From the IMG/VR virus record IMGVR_UViG_2731957818_000004: DNA of 64,000 nucleotides, one strand, 5' to 3'. A program made the position numbers and the translations under genes. The notes under the pieces are model-generated. The model was not told where the DNA came from, did not search any database, and saw only the letters and a program-made list of their open reading frames with translations. Shown piece after piece: positions 33,743 to 43,521 of the stretch. This DNA is from a virus. Its lineage: Duplodnaviria; Heunggongvirae; Uroviricota; Caudoviricetes. Positions within the stretch are counted from its first letter, which is position 1, and every line of letters starts with the position of its first letter.

Positions 33743-35648
33743 AGCTGCGACCCTCTTTGACTTCGACTGTGATGGTTTCCCGGAACCACGATTTCATCTC
33801 TTTGTGGGAGATGATCATCACTGTGCCGCGTTCACGCGCTTTGGCTTCCAGAATCCCCATGAGACGCTCCAGACCGGCAGTGTCGAGCGCGTCGTCAATT
33901 TCATCGCCGATAAACAGCTCGATATTCTTACTGGCGCGACTGGCAACCAGATCCTGCAAGGCAAGAGAGCACGCAATGCGTACCTTACGCTTCTCGCCAC
34001 CAGACAACGTCTGGAAGGATTTGCTGGAGCCTGTTTTGGTTACGCTGATATTGAATTTGTCGCGATACTCGCCTTTCTTCGTTGTCTCCATTGTCGACCA
34101 TTCGGCAACGATATTGCCGTCCGACAGCGTGTTGAGATACTCCGCAGTCCTGATGTTCAGGAAAGGCGTAACAGACGTCAGGATGTGTGAACGCACGCCT
34201 GCTGGGGAGTAAACCTGGCGAGCTTTCTCCAGCAACAGAGCCTGTTCCTGAATGCTTTTTAACTCTTTTTTAAGTACTGCATGATTAGATTTATTGGCAG
34301 CCAGGTTGTCTTCATGGCGCTTAATGACAGCCAGAAATGGGTTTACCTCTGCCATGATGCGATTCACGTCAGTACGCGCCCGCGCCACCATCGCTTCGAC
34401 GGCCACAACTTCACGTTCTCGATGACGCAGCGCACTTAGCTCATTGGTCAGGCGTTCGATTCTGGCGATGATTTCTGAGACGTCGGGTGTGGCTGCGACC
34501 AGTGCAGACTCGATGCCGAGCGCTTTCTCAAGACGAGCTTTGTGTTGAGCCACTGCCGCTGCTGATGCCTGCGCCTGGCCGATCTCATTACGCGCTTGTT
34601 CAATGAAACTCTCCTTCACGGTGGACAAATCTTCTTCGCAGTAGGGCTTTCCGCACGTAACACAAGGTGCTCCGACCTTTGTGTTGACCTCTTCTGCTTT
34701 GGTTTTAAACGAGCGAGCACGGTTCATCGACTCGTTCTGTGCCGCTTCTGAAGTGCGGATGCTTGAGCGGATCTCCGTAATCGCACCGCGCACCTTCAGC
34801 AGTTTGGCGTCATGCTCTTCTTTGGAGGCCAGCTTGCTGCGTTCGCCAGCAATCGCGTTTTCCGTATCCCGGATCTGTTCCGGCAGCGAGCGAATTTCCA
34901 TCACGACTTCAGACAGCGTTACCTCCGCGCCAGCCAAATCGACGCGGGCCTTGTCCAGACGTTCGCCGCGATCGCGTTCCCAACTATCAGAGGACGCTTT
35001 GGCCGCCTCAATCTCTGACTGCGCGGTCTCGATAAGCGTGAGACAGGCTTCCATTTTGGATTTGGTAACATCCATGCGTGCGGCAGCTGCATTAGCACGC
35101 TCGCGAGCAATGGCATAGGCTCGCGTTAACCGGTCGACGCCAGCGGCTTCTTCAACGATGGTTTTGAGGTTCTTGTCGGACATACCCGGCAGATCTGGCA
35201 TTGCTTCCTGACTGGCGTAGATGGACGCCATGAACACCTCTTTCGATGCACCAATCAGGCGTTCAACGAACTCCTGCGTCAGTGTGTCTTTGCCTTTGGT
35301 CATATCACCGTCTTCGCCACGGACGATCAGCCGGTTCTTGAACTCTTTGTGTTTGCGGTGGCGAATGATGGCGTAACGCTTTCCTTCATCCTCAACAGTC
35401 ACCATCACGCGACAGTTTTTCTCGTGGCCTGTAGAGAGCACGTCGTCACCTTTAACGCCATGCGCAGTTTCACCATACAGACACCACATCAGGCTGTTCA
35501 TCAAAGTCGATTTGCCAGCGCCATTGCTGGCAGCGGAAGAGTCGCCACTGTTAACACCCTGAATGAGCACCAGACCGCGTTGGTCTAACTCAACTTCGGC
35601 GCTGGCTAACGCCATGAAGTTCTCAACCTGGAGCTTCAGAAATTTCAT
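33732..35648 (-). CDS. sbcC: SbcC/Rad50-like ATPase.
   Basis: N-terminal Walker A GVNSGDSSAASNGAGKST, long coiled-coil middle region, C-terminal signature LSGGEKRKV and Walker B LFIGDEIDDALD. Confidence 0.8.
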   Translation of the reverse strand: MKFLKLQVENFMALASAEVELDQRGLVLIQGVNSGDSSAASNGAGKSTLMNSLMWCLYGETAHGVKGDDVLSTGHEKNCRVMVTVEDEGKRYAIIRHRKHKEFKNRLIVRGEDGDMTKGKDTLTQEFVERLIGASKEVFMASIYASQEAMPDLPGMSDKNLKTIVEEAAGVDRLTRAYAIARERANAAAARMDVTKSKMEACLTLIETAQSEIEAAKASSDSWERDRGERLDKARVDLAGAEVTLSEVVMEIRSLPEQIRDTENAIAGERSKLASKEEHDAKLLKVRGAITEIRSSIRTSEAAQNESMNRARSFKTKAEEVNTKVGAPCVTCGKPYCEEDLSTVKESFIEQARNEIGQAQASAAAVAQHKARLEKALGIESALVAATPDVSEIIARIERLTNELSALRHREREVVAVEAMVARARTDVNRIMAEVNPFLAVIKRHEDNLAANKSNHAVLKKELKSIQEQALLLEKARQVYSPAGVRSHILTSVTPFLNIRTAEYLNTLSDGNIVAEWSTMETTKKGEYRDKFNISVTKTGSSKSFQTLSGGEKRKVRIACSLALQDLVASRASKNIELFIGDEIDDALDTAGLERLMGILEAKARERGTVMIISHKEMKSWFRETITVEVKEGRSYVV

Positions 35649-35877
35649 ACAATGCCTCTAACTTTTTGATTCAAATGCTGGCCTTTTCGCAGTTGAAACT
35701 CCGTGTGGGCTGGGAAAGATCGGCGTTTCAGTACGCCTTGTTTGCTCAGTCTTCCCAGATAAAACGCCACAGGGTTTCCGTTGGGTGGGTAGGGCTTGTG
35801 GAACATCACCGTCTGGCCTCGTTCAAGTCTTTTCATCGTGGAGATGAAGTCCCGAAAGCTCCCAGAATGGCTCGTAC

Positions 35878-36963
35878 TCACATTGCCTCCGCACTCTCCG
35901 CTTCGGTCAGGATCTCCTGACACAGCATGTCCAGCTTGCTCAGGTCGAAGCCGCCGTCAGTGTCGTGAACGATCTTGCAGTACGCCGCGACGGACTCGCC
36001 CAGGCTGTCTATTTTGCTGGTCTCCGCAGTACTGGCAGTGCCTTCCATCATCGATGCCTTGCGGATGAAGTTGCAGACGACACCCTTCGCGCCCATTGTT
36101 TTCAGGACGTTCTGGATTTTGATGCCCTCTTCATCGCTCTCCACAACGGCACGGAAGCGCACGTAGTTACCGCGAATTTGGTCGTCTTCCACATCGTCCT
36201 CAAGGTTGACGAACTTGGGTGCGGAGGTTTCGTGGTGGGTGAATGTGCCGTCAGGGTTGACGATCATGAAGCCAGCCAGCGAGCCAACATCGCCCCAATT
36301 CTGGTGCGTCAGCGCCCCGATGCTAACCACTCCAGGCAGCACTTCTTTGTGGTTGTGGTAGTGTCCGGACAGCAACAAACGGAAGCCGATATCTTTCAGT
36401 TCCTGTGCGTCGATGCCGACATCTGGCATGGTGGGGATCGCTTTGTTGATCGAGGTATGCACAACGACATCGTGATTGTCGCCATCCAGCCCGGAACGCA
36501 GTGTTTTGAGGTCGCTAATAAGCTCTGCGTGGTTGTTACGCCAGCTAATCAGGTGGACGGTTACGTCGCCCATTTTGATGGAGTGAGGACGTTTGCCGCA
36601 GACAATTTCCACACCGATTGAGCGCAGAGAGGCCGCTGCATTGGCGCTGTATACGGAATCGTTGGTTTCGAGGTCGTGGTTGCCGGCCAGCATAACCACT
36701 TCGAGACCCAACTCTTTGATGATCCACTCGTAAGTTTCAGTCACGAAATGCAGGACGGAAGGTGATATAGCACCACGAACATGGAAAGTATCACCAGCCA
36801 CCAGCATGTACTTACAGCCCGCAGCTTTCATGGCTTTGGCTGCTTCTTTAGTGGCGTCCAGTTGGATCTCCAGTCGAGAGTTCAGCCCGTCAGCGTTTGT
36901 TGTCGCAAAAGCATCCCAACGATGATAATGGGGATCTGATATCACCCCGTATGGCAATGTCAT
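35878..36963 (-). CDS. sbcD: SbcD/Mre11-like calcineurin-type phosphoesterase nuclease.
   Basis: DPHYH, GDTFH, GNHD phosphoesterase motifs. Confidence 0.8.
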   Translation of the reverse strand: MTLPYGVISDPHYHRWDAFATTNADGLNSRLEIQLDATKEAAKAMKAAGCKYMLVAGDTFHVRGAISPSVLHFVTETYEWIIKELGLEVVMLAGNHDLETNDSVYSANAAASLRSIGVEIVCGKRPHSIKMGDVTVHLISWRNNHAELISDLKTLRSGLDGDNHDVVVHTSINKAIPTMPDVGIDAQELKDIGFRLLLSGHYHNHKEVLPGVVSIGALTHQNWGDVGSLAGFMIVNPDGTFTHHETSAPKFVNLEDDVEDDQIRGNYVRFRAVVESDEEGIKIQNVLKTMGAKGVVCNFIRKASMMEGTASTAETSKIDSLGESVAAYCKIVHDTDGGFDLSKLDMLCQEILTEAESAEAM

Positions 36964-37076
36964 GTGTCTTTTCCTTTGTGGTTATTTTGATACAGATGTT
37001 AAGCGTGTTTGAGAGGCGAGCAACCCAGACAACACGGCACAGAAGAAAAACTACAGGCACACGATTATGACAAAAT

Positions 37077-37098
37077 ATATAAGTAAGTGAATACCTAT
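37077..37098. promoter_or_regulatory. Class B-like motif upstream of sbcD.
   Basis: tataagtaagtgaatacctatt. Confidence 0.45.
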
Positions 37099-37191
37099 TT
37101 TATGAAGCGGCATAGATTTCTAAATGTTACAAGCCACTCTATAATCGCAGTCACTCATTGATGACAACTAAACGAAAAAGGAGAACGGACG

Positions 37192-37695
37192 GTGAAACGC
37201 GTAATTATAGGGACGATGGCCATTGCTCTGATCGGATGCGTGCCAAAGCCGCCTCAAGATGAAAAGTCAGCTGGCGGGTACGTTGATATTTATTCCACTT
37301 CAAGCGTAGCTATTGCCCAAGACAGAGCCGACAAATTGTGTGGAAGCCATGCCTATTATGTCTCCAACGACAATGATTTAACTAAAGTCATGGGTAAATA
37401 CGCGCCTTCATTCCCAAAAATCCGTTTCAACTGTGATCTTGAAATGGCCGCTTATCTCGGTAGCAAAGAGGCAAAGGAGATCAAGATGAAGCGCATAGAG
37501 GAAGCCTACAAGGAGATGTACAAGACCCAATATGAGCTGAAAGAAGTGCGCCGTAAGAACGCTGATCCGAAGAAGCTGGAGTCCTACACAGAACGCGATC
37601 CTGACGGCACTATTCGCAGCTACAGCTTTTTTAATGGCAAATCTTGTGAAGCCATCACCTATCCCGATGGAACTGGCAAAACCACCTGCGATTAA
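37192..37695 (+). CDS. Lipoprotein.
   Basis: Signal peptide plus lipobox LIGC. GGAG RBS. Confidence 0.5.
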   Translation: MKRVIIGTMAIALIGCVPKPPQDEKSAGGYVDIYSTSSVAIAQDRADKLCGSHAYYVSNDNDLTKVMGKYAPSFPKIRFNCDLEMAAYLGSKEAKEIKMKRIEEAYKEMYKTQYELKEVRRKNADPKKLESYTERDPDGTIRSYSFFNGKSCEAITYPDGTGKTTCD

Positions 37696-37802
37696 AGTTT
37701 CAGGGCAACCCGTATGGGTTGCTCCCATTTCAAATTCCCGTAGCGCTAAACGCTTCTGTGAGACGCGATGTTTTCTCGCCATCCAAAGACATAGCTTTGT
37801 AA

Positions 37803-38447
37803 TTAAATCGTCTCTGAGGGCTTCTGACGCGCTATGTTGATGTCGATCACCCCTGCTTTTGGACGTGGGTCAACGAGATGTAGCTCTTCCTCGCTGTGAT
37901 ATTCGGTGTCGAACTCCCGGTCGAGGTGCTTGACGTAAATAGCCGTCAGCAGGCTGTCGTCTTTGAGAAAGTGTCCGTAAGATTTGCGGATAACTTCGCT
38001 CACCTTCTCGATCTTCTCTCCGCCCATACACAGATGGTTGAACCGGCTGTGTTTACGCAGCATCTCATCCACCGGCCCGGAATAGACCTTGTCCACTTTG
38101 CCAAACCGGATGATCTTTCCAGTATCAGCCTCAACCAGACAAACAAGCTTTCCAGGTTCGACGCGGTCTCGCCATGTCACGCCAGAGCGCAGCGTGTTGA
38201 AGTAGGGCGCGTCTAATCCGATGATCGGTTTGCGAAATGCCAGCAGAGGCACGTATCTGATGCAGCTATTCAGGTGAAAGTGGGCGCCTGCCTCATGTAG
38301 TTTTATGCGCGCTTCGTTAATCGGACATTTGGAAGCAATGCCACACAGTTCACAGAGGAGCTTCTGCTTGTTCAGGTTGGTGTTTGACTCAATGGTGTAG
38401 GAGCCATCCTCAAGACGGCGTACCCAGCGTGTGCGTTTTAGATCCAT
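37803..38447 (-). CDS. Hypothetical Cys-containing protein.
   Basis: 214-aa ORF divergent from repA. Confidence 0.4.
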   Translation of the reverse strand: MDLKRTRWVRRLEDGSYTIESNTNLNKQKLLCELCGIASKCPINEARIKLHEAGAHFHLNSCIRYVPLLAFRKPIIGLDAPYFNTLRSGVTWRDRVEPGKLVCLVEADTGKIIRFGKVDKVYSGPVDEMLRKHSRFNHLCMGGEKIEKVSEVIRKSYGHFLKDDSLLTAIYVKHLDREFDTEYHSEEELHLVDPRPKAGVIDINIARQKPSETI

Positions 38448-38534
38448 GTTCTTAATTCACGTTATTGTTGCTCGCCGCAAACATAGCGCATGAGGTGCGG
38501 CAATGTTCGCAAACGCCTGTTTTAGTTATTCACA

Positions 38535-38543
38535 TTATCCACA
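38535..38543. promoter_or_regulatory. Consensus DnaA box TTATCCACA in an oriR-like region.
   Basis: Exact 9-mer, about 100 bp upstream of the iteron array. Confidence 0.5.
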
Positions 38544-38547
38544 GGGT

Positions 38548-38612
38548 AGATCCTATTAATTAGATCCCGTATAGATCCCTATATAGATCAAAAGAGATCC
38601 CCGATCCTCGCA
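38548..38612. repeat. Cluster of five GATC-containing short repeats (AGATCC) in an AT-rich stretch, analogous to the Dam-methylation cluster of P1 oriR.
   Basis: gtagatcc...tagatccc...tagatccc...tagatca...gagatcccc, seen directly. Confidence 0.5.
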
Positions 38613-38647
38613 GGCCGCGCCACGTCTGGCCTCACGGGGTATTCGCG

Positions 38648-38748
38648 TATGCTGTCAGCGGTAAAAGATATGCTGTCAGCGGTGAGCGATATGCTGCCAT
38701 CTGTTTTTGGTATGCTGCTAACGGCAAATAACGTATGCTGTCAGCGGT
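38648..38748 (+). repeat. Five direct 15-bp iterons (TATGCTGYCAGCGGT) at 21-bp spacing upstream of repA, incC-like.
   Basis: Copies at 38648, 38669, 38690, 38711 and 38734. Confidence 0.85.
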
Positions 38749-38769
38749 TGGAAGCGGAAAGGTGTCAAC

Positions 38770-39870
38770 ATGCCCACTCGAAAGAAAAAAGAAACCAAAA
38801 ACAATGTGTTAGACGACAGTATAGATAATTTTGAAGAAGAATCCCTCGAACTATACACAGGCGATCTTGTTCCAAACAGCAACAATACTGTTCAGCCTAT
38901 AGCGTTGATGAGGCTTGGTTTGTTCGTGCCCACGCTAAAGGGAACAAAGAACAGCAAGCGGAACAGACCTAATGAGATCGACGCCTCAAAAGAACTGGTT
39001 CAGCTGGAGGTTGCTCGTTCAGAAGGGTATTCCGACATCAAGATAACAGGTCCACGCCTGGATATGGATCACGATTTTAAAACGTGGGTCGGCGTCGTGC
39101 GCTCTCTGGCCGAGTACGGGGAGCCGAGTGGCCGCGTCGAGTTGAGCATTACCAAGTTCGCCAAATTCTGCGGCTATCCGTCGTCGCAGATCCGCAAGAC
39201 GCTGCGTGACAGGCTCACCAACAGCCTCCTGAAGATCATGCGCACCACGCTCTCTTTCCAGCGCACGTATGAAGAAAAGAACGTCGACGGCTCGAACAAA
39301 ATCTCGCTCCTGATGGTTCACCTGGTGAACAGCGTCGATTACAACGAGCAAAAAGACTCCATCATCTTTCACGCAGAGCCGAAGCTGGCCGAACTCTATC
39401 GCTTCGACCACAAAGTGCTGCTCCAGCTAAAAGTCATTAACAAGCTGCCGCGCAAAGAGACCGCCCAGGCGCTGTATACGTTCATCGAAAGTCTTCCAGC
39501 CAAACCGGCACCAGTATCGCTGGCAAGGCTTCGAGCCAGACTCAATTTGAGTAGTCGTAACGTCAGCTCGCAGAACCAGACCATCCGCAACGGCTTAAAA
39601 ACGCTGGAGGAATTGGGCTATCTCGAATACAGCGAGATTAAGCGTGGCCGCTCGATTTACATTCAGATCCACAGCCGCAATCCCAAGCTCAAAGCCTCTT
39701 CGGTCAAAGAGGAAATGCCCGCGCTTCCGGATAAGCCGGTCGAGAACACGTCTTCTGGTGTCGATGCAAAACAAAACCTCGTGAACAAAATCACCGAGTT
39801 ATCGCAGAACCTGACGCCCGAAAACATCAAGCTGATCGAGATTCTCTCCAACAGCCTGAAACTCCTTTGA
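38770..39870 (+). CDS. repA: Iteron-binding plasmid replication initiator RepA (P1/pMT1 family).
   Basis: Flanked on both sides by iteron arrays. NSNNTVQPIALMRLG and YTFIESLP..PAP.SLARLRARLNL match the P1 RepA family as I recall it. GGAAAGG RBS. Confidence 0.8.
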   Translation: MPTRKKKETKNNVLDDSIDNFEEESLELYTGDLVPNSNNTVQPIALMRLGLFVPTLKGTKNSKRNRPNEIDASKELVQLEVARSEGYSDIKITGPRLDMDHDFKTWVGVVRSLAEYGEPSGRVELSITKFAKFCGYPSSQIRKTLRDRLTNSLLKIMRTTLSFQRTYEEKNVDGSNKISLLMVHLVNSVDYNEQKDSIIFHAEPKLAELYRFDHKVLLQLKVINKLPRKETAQALYTFIESLPAKPAPVSLARLRARLNLSSRNVSSQNQTIRNGLKTLEELGYLEYSEIKRGRSIYIQIHSRNPKLKASSVKEEMPALPDKPVENTSSGVDAKQNLVNKITELSQNLTPENIKLIEILSNSLKLL

Positions 39871-40347
39871 TATGCTGTCAGCGGTAAAACGTATGCTACC
39901 AGCGGCACAAGATATGCTGTCAGCGGTATTTTTCACATAAAGTATGCTGTCAGCGGCAAAAAGATATGCTGTGAGCGGTAATTTTTAGAAAATGTATGAT
40001 ATCAGCGGGCGATTTTGCTCATTAGCCCGCCGTTATCTGGTCTGCGCGCCTCTTCGATCCCATTTCCCGCGACAACTTCCCCAGTGGTCACTAACCCCGC
40101 AAGCCGCATGAAATAAGGGTTTGCACTCACTAACTTGATTGTTTTTCTCGTCCTGACAGAGCGCCCACAGAGGCGAAAAACGCCGATATGCTGCCAGCGG
40201 TATGAGGTGATGTTTGGATATGCTGTGAGCGGTAAACCTTGTCTTGTGGTCATAACGTATGCTGTCAGCGGTAAATTGAGCGACTAAAAGATATGCTGTC
40301 AGCGGTAAAAAAGAGGAGAATTTAGACAAACGTATGCTGTCAGCGGT
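39871..40347 (+). repeat. incA-like downstream iteron array: 11 copies of the 15-bp iteron in two clusters (6 + 5) separated by about 175 bp.
   Basis: Copies at 39871, 39892, 39913, 39943, 39965, 39995, 40188, 40220, 40257, 40293 and 40333. Confidence 0.85.
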
Positions 40348-40420
40348 AGGCACTATGATGTTGCTTCTACGGGCAAGATAACCACTATGGGAAGTGGTTC
40401 TTCCCATAGTGGATAATGGA

Positions 40421-40636
40421 TCAGATGATTTTCTTCAGCAGCCCCCAGAGTGTCCCGGCCTTCGTCGTGAGCTTACCTGTTTCCGGATCGTACATGCGCC
40501 ATTCGCGACGCTGGTGGACAATGACACCGTCCTCACGCTCCAGACGCTCCAGCACGCCGGGTTGCTTAAACCCTTTGGCACGCCAGTAGCCACTTGTTTT
40601 TTCGATTTCCAGACCTGCCAGTGTAACCGCCATCAA
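40421..40636 (-). CDS. Small hypothetical protein.
   Basis: 71-aa ORF with an ATGA-type overlap with the next gene. Confidence 0.35.
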   Translation of the reverse strand: MMAVTLAGLEIEKTSGYWRAKGFKQPGVLERLEREDGVIVHQRREWRMYDPETGKLTTKAGTLWGLLKKII

Positions 40637-40968
40637 CCAACCTCCTTGCAGTCATCGAAAAGGTAGCTGGCGTTCTTCGCGTGAACGCCGTAGACATCAC
40701 CTGATTTGTTGTAAACGAACTTATCTTCACCCACGCCAGACGGTTTGCCGTTACGTTTGGTGAGATAGGGGGAAGACAGGACGCGATCATCGCGCACAAC
40801 ATAAAACTGTTCGCCGCTGTCCACAACCATCGCGCCGTAGCTGGCTTTGACGACATTGCGGATCTCGTCGTTTTTCACTTCGGCCACTGACATCTCACAC
40901 TCATAGACGTGCGTGTCCGAGTATACAGGGAGGGAGAGCAGTGCCAGAGCCAGGACTATTTTCTTCAT
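40633..40968 (-). CDS. Small secreted protein.
   Basis: Signal peptide MKKIVLALALLSLPVYS. Confidence 0.45.
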   Translation of the reverse strand: MKKIVLALALLSLPVYSDTHVYECEMSVAEVKNDEIRNVVKASYGAMVVDSGEQFYVVRDDRVLSSPYLTKRNGKPSGVGEDKFVYNKSGDVYGVHAKNASYLFDDCKEVG

Positions 40969-40980
40969 GCCACGACTCCT

Positions 40981-41145
40981 TAGATAACGCCAAATGCTGA
41001 GTCGAATACCAGCACTACGGCCAGCGCATTAACCATCGCGCCATTAACAGGCGTCAGCGCTTTACGGATTGCTCCGGTGAAGATGCAATCGAGCACAAAA
41101 GCTATCGAGATAATAAGTAATAAAGTGTCAAATACAGTTTTCATG
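40981..41145 (-). CDS. Small (54-aa) hydrophobic membrane protein, absent from the ORF track because it is shorter than 60 aa.
   Basis: ATG at 41145 through stop at 40981; reads MKTVFDTLLLIISIAFVLDCIFTGAIRKALTPVNGAMVNALAVVLVFDSAFGVI. A class B palindrome lies immediately upstream. Confidence 0.4.
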
Positions 41146-41165
41146 ATAGGTAGATACTAACTTAT
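41145..41165. promoter_or_regulatory. Class B-like motif GATAGGTAGATACTAACTTAT.
   Basis: Upstream of the 54-aa membrane ORF. Confidence 0.45.
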
Positions 41166-41184
41166 ATATTTTTTGCTGTAAATA

Positions 41185-41460
41185 TCACTCAAAAGTGCTG
41201 ATACCTAAGATACGCTCAAGATGAGCCGCGTCTTCATCGCTTACCGGCATCGTGTCGTCGACGTACCAGCAACTACCGTTGTGCCAACAAACACCGTCAT
41301 CATCGACATACACAGAATCTGCATCCATGCCAGTGTACTCAACGAGATTGCGCTCAATTGCCGCTTGAATTTCTTCATCGTTCAGCCCATCACACTTGAC
41401 CATGAACAACGGGTAAACGTCATAGTCGGTGCTGGCTGAAATGCGAACCAAAATCTTCAT
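41185..41460 (-). CDS. Hypothetical acidic protein.
   Basis: AAGGAG RBS. Class B-like motif at 41476-41491. Confidence 0.45.
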   Translation of the reverse strand: MKILVRISASTDYDVYPLFMVKCDGLNDEEIQAAIERNLVEYTGMDADSVYVDDDGVCWHNGSCWYVDDTMPVSDEDAAHLERILGISTFE

Positions 41461-41527
41461 GTGTTTCTCCTTGTTGGTAAGTACTTATTTATATTAATGT
41501 GCGCCATGCGGCGCACAATCATTGTGT

Positions 41528-41938
41528 TCAGGCTGGAGGAAAGAACTTCTCCAGCGTGCGGTCGACAGCCTTATCAATGTGCATCAGATGCCAGACGACC
41601 ATATCTTTGTTTCCCAGACCGCGGGTGTAGATCACGTCGAACTTACGCCAGGCGGCGTGAAACCAGTGCGGTGTATCATCAACCGGCAGGTTCTCTCCAG
41701 CTTCCTTGAAGTACTTGAGCAACATGGCCTGTTCAGCGGTTGGCGTCGGGCCAATCTCTTCCGCGTACATTCTGATGAAACGCTGCCAGTCGGCTTCATC
41801 TTCTGAAGGTTCCGGTGCGTTCATCTCTGCAATCGCCTCACGCAGCTGCGTCGCCCATTCTGGCTCCGGGAAGCCCTGGGCAATTTCGGTATCCACTACA
41901 TCCAGCGCAGCGTTGGCCGCGTCATACAGTTTCTTCAC
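41528..41938 (-). CDS. Hypothetical protein.
   Basis: 136-aa ORF. Confidence 0.45.
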   Translation of the reverse strand: MKKLYDAANAALDVVDTEIAQGFPEPEWATQLREAIAEMNAPEPSEDEADWQRFIRMYAEEIGPTPTAEQAMLLKYFKEAGENLPVDDTPHWFHAAWRKFDVIYTRGLGNKDMVVWHLMHIDKAVDRTLEKFFPPA

Positions 41939-42293
41939 GCTTTTTCTCCTGCATTAAAAGGAACACGGTCATTGCCGCTCTGAAAGGGTTAGGGTTCTGG
42001 ATCAGATGTTGTGGCGTTGAGCTATCCACTTTTCTGTGGGCCGCTCTCCACTCGCCAGGCTGTCTGGCAGGGATTACGCCGATTCTGTATCGGTAAATAA
42101 TGTCCCACGCATCTTCCGGATCGTTACACCAGTCGAAGGTTCCGGCTCCGTTCGGGCCGATGGCGACCACTGCGGTGTAATCGCCTTCCTGTGAGCCTTT
42201 CCAGCCATATTGTGAGATAAGCGGTCGATGGCCGGTGGCTTCCGCGACCAGGCAGTTAATCTCAAAGTCCGTCATCTCGCTGTAATTTTTCAT
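41922..42293 (-). CDS. Hypothetical protein. Start moved to MKNYSE.
   Basis: AAGGAG RBS 8 nt before the ATG at 42293. Confidence 0.45.
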   Translation of the reverse strand: MKNYSEMTDFEINCLVAEATGHRPLISQYGWKGSQEGDYTAVVAIGPNGAGTFDWCNDPEDAWDIIYRYRIGVIPARQPGEWRAAHRKVDSSTPQHLIQNPNPFRAAMTVFLLMQEKKREETV

Positions 42294-42377
42294 TCCCGAT
42301 CTCCTTCTCATCCGTTGCCGAACAACTATGTGGCGTTGTCACTTTGTACTTCTACGGATGGTAATTCCGTATTAGTA

Positions 42378-42391
42378 ACCAATTTGTTTTC
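42378..42391. promoter_or_regulatory. Class A-like motif upstream of 41922..42293.
   Basis: aaccaatttgttttcttgttggtgataat. Confidence 0.45.
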
Positions 42392-42455
42392 TTGTTGGTG
42401 ATAATGCGGAAATAAAAAAGGCGTCCAAGTGGACGCCGTATCTTTGAAAAGGCTG

Positions 42456-43286
42456 TTACTTCAACGCGATAAACGGAGTATTCGCCCCTTCAGTCATGTA
42501 CTGAGGCAACTGGCCATTCCATTTGTTGATGGCTTCCAGCTCCATGACGTTCGGGTTCTGACGTAATGCTTCACCGCGCAACTTGATGGCATCAGCTTCT
42601 GCTTGAGCACGCTTGCGGATAGCGTCGGCTTCACCTTCGGCTTGTTCACGCAGCATGTTCGCTTCTGCCTTGCGCTGCTCAACTTCCTGCTGGCGCTGGA
42701 GCGTTTTCTGGTTCGCGGTCACTTTGGCATTGATAGATTCGATGACAGTGTCCGGGTAGTCTGGTTTGCCCACCCATGACAGGCTAATAACCTCAATACC
42801 TACCGGTGACATTTCTGCCTGAATGTCTTTCAGCGCATTGTCGAGCAGAGACGCCTTGCCACCGTCGATGAACGTGTCGGTAGTCATGCGGCTGGCCAGA
42901 CGGTTCAGTGAATCCGCAATCTTCTGGCGCAGATCAGTGTCGGTAATGTCATCAACACCTTTGCGATAGGTCTGGAATACGGTAGTTACTTTGTCGCGAT
43001 TAACCAGATATGCCACACCAATTTTGTGGCCGATGGCTGTACCGTCGCTCATCTGGAATGTGAACGGCTCATCGTAGGTTTTCATCTGTTTGAAAGTGGG
43101 GAAGGTGTACAGCTCGGTATTCAGACCAGTCCACTGACGGCCAACGCCGACAACTTCACCGATACCTTTGTCTTCACCCAATTTGTTTACCTTAATGCCA
43201 ACGTATCCCGGTTCCACGCGATCGCAGCCGGTCAGACCCATTGTGCAAATAGCAGCCAAAGCCACCGCCAGTAAACCTTTCTTCAT
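42456..43286 (-). CDS. SPFH/band-7 (HflK/C, YqiK-like) domain lipoprotein.
   Basis: Lipobox LTGC. SPFH core and a C-terminal coiled coil with an ELEAINKWNGQLP-type ending. Confidence 0.55.
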   Translation of the reverse strand: MKKGLLAVALAAICTMGLTGCDRVEPGYVGIKVNKLGEDKGIGEVVGVGRQWTGLNTELYTFPTFKQMKTYDEPFTFQMSDGTAIGHKIGVAYLVNRDKVTTVFQTYRKGVDDITDTDLRQKIADSLNRLASRMTTDTFIDGGKASLLDNALKDIQAEMSPVGIEVISLSWVGKPDYPDTVIESINAKVTANQKTLQRQQEVEQRKAEANMLREQAEGEADAIRKRAQAEADAIKLRGEALRQNPNVMELEAINKWNGQLPQYMTEGANTPFIALK

Positions 43287-43289
43287 TAC

Positions 43290-43490
43290 TTACTTCTCCT
43301 TAGTTTTATTGAGTGAGTTGATATACCTGCGGCCAGCTTTTAACAAGGCAACCGGGAAGATTAAAGCGATGGCAAGTCCGATAAAGAAGGCCAGATCGCT
43401 TTTAGCTGATATAAGCGATGGAACCAGTAAACCGTAAATAAAGCAGACTGATACCACTGCTGAAACAGCCATGAGATAACCCTTGATCAT
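43290..43490 (-). CDS. Small two-TM membrane protein.
   Basis: 66-aa hydrophobic ORF that ends 4 nt before the SPFH gene start. Confidence 0.4.
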   Translation of the reverse strand: MIKGYLMAVSAVVSVCFIYGLLVPSLISAKSDLAFFIGLAIALIFPVALLKAGRRYINSLNKTKEK

Positions 43491-43521
43491 GTGTTTCCCT
43501 TTGTCGTTTTGGTGTAGAAAT

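Noticed and set aside
38640-40350. Possible CRISPR array (regularly spaced short direct repeats).
   Set aside because: The repeats are 15 bp with 6-30-bp non-unique spacers of irregular length, they flank a RepA initiator gene on both sides, and there are no cas genes. These are plasmid iterons.
40002-40407. ORFs 40033..40407 and 40002..40253 (-).
   Set aside because: They lie within the gap of the incA iteron array and partly translate iterons. There is no RBS.
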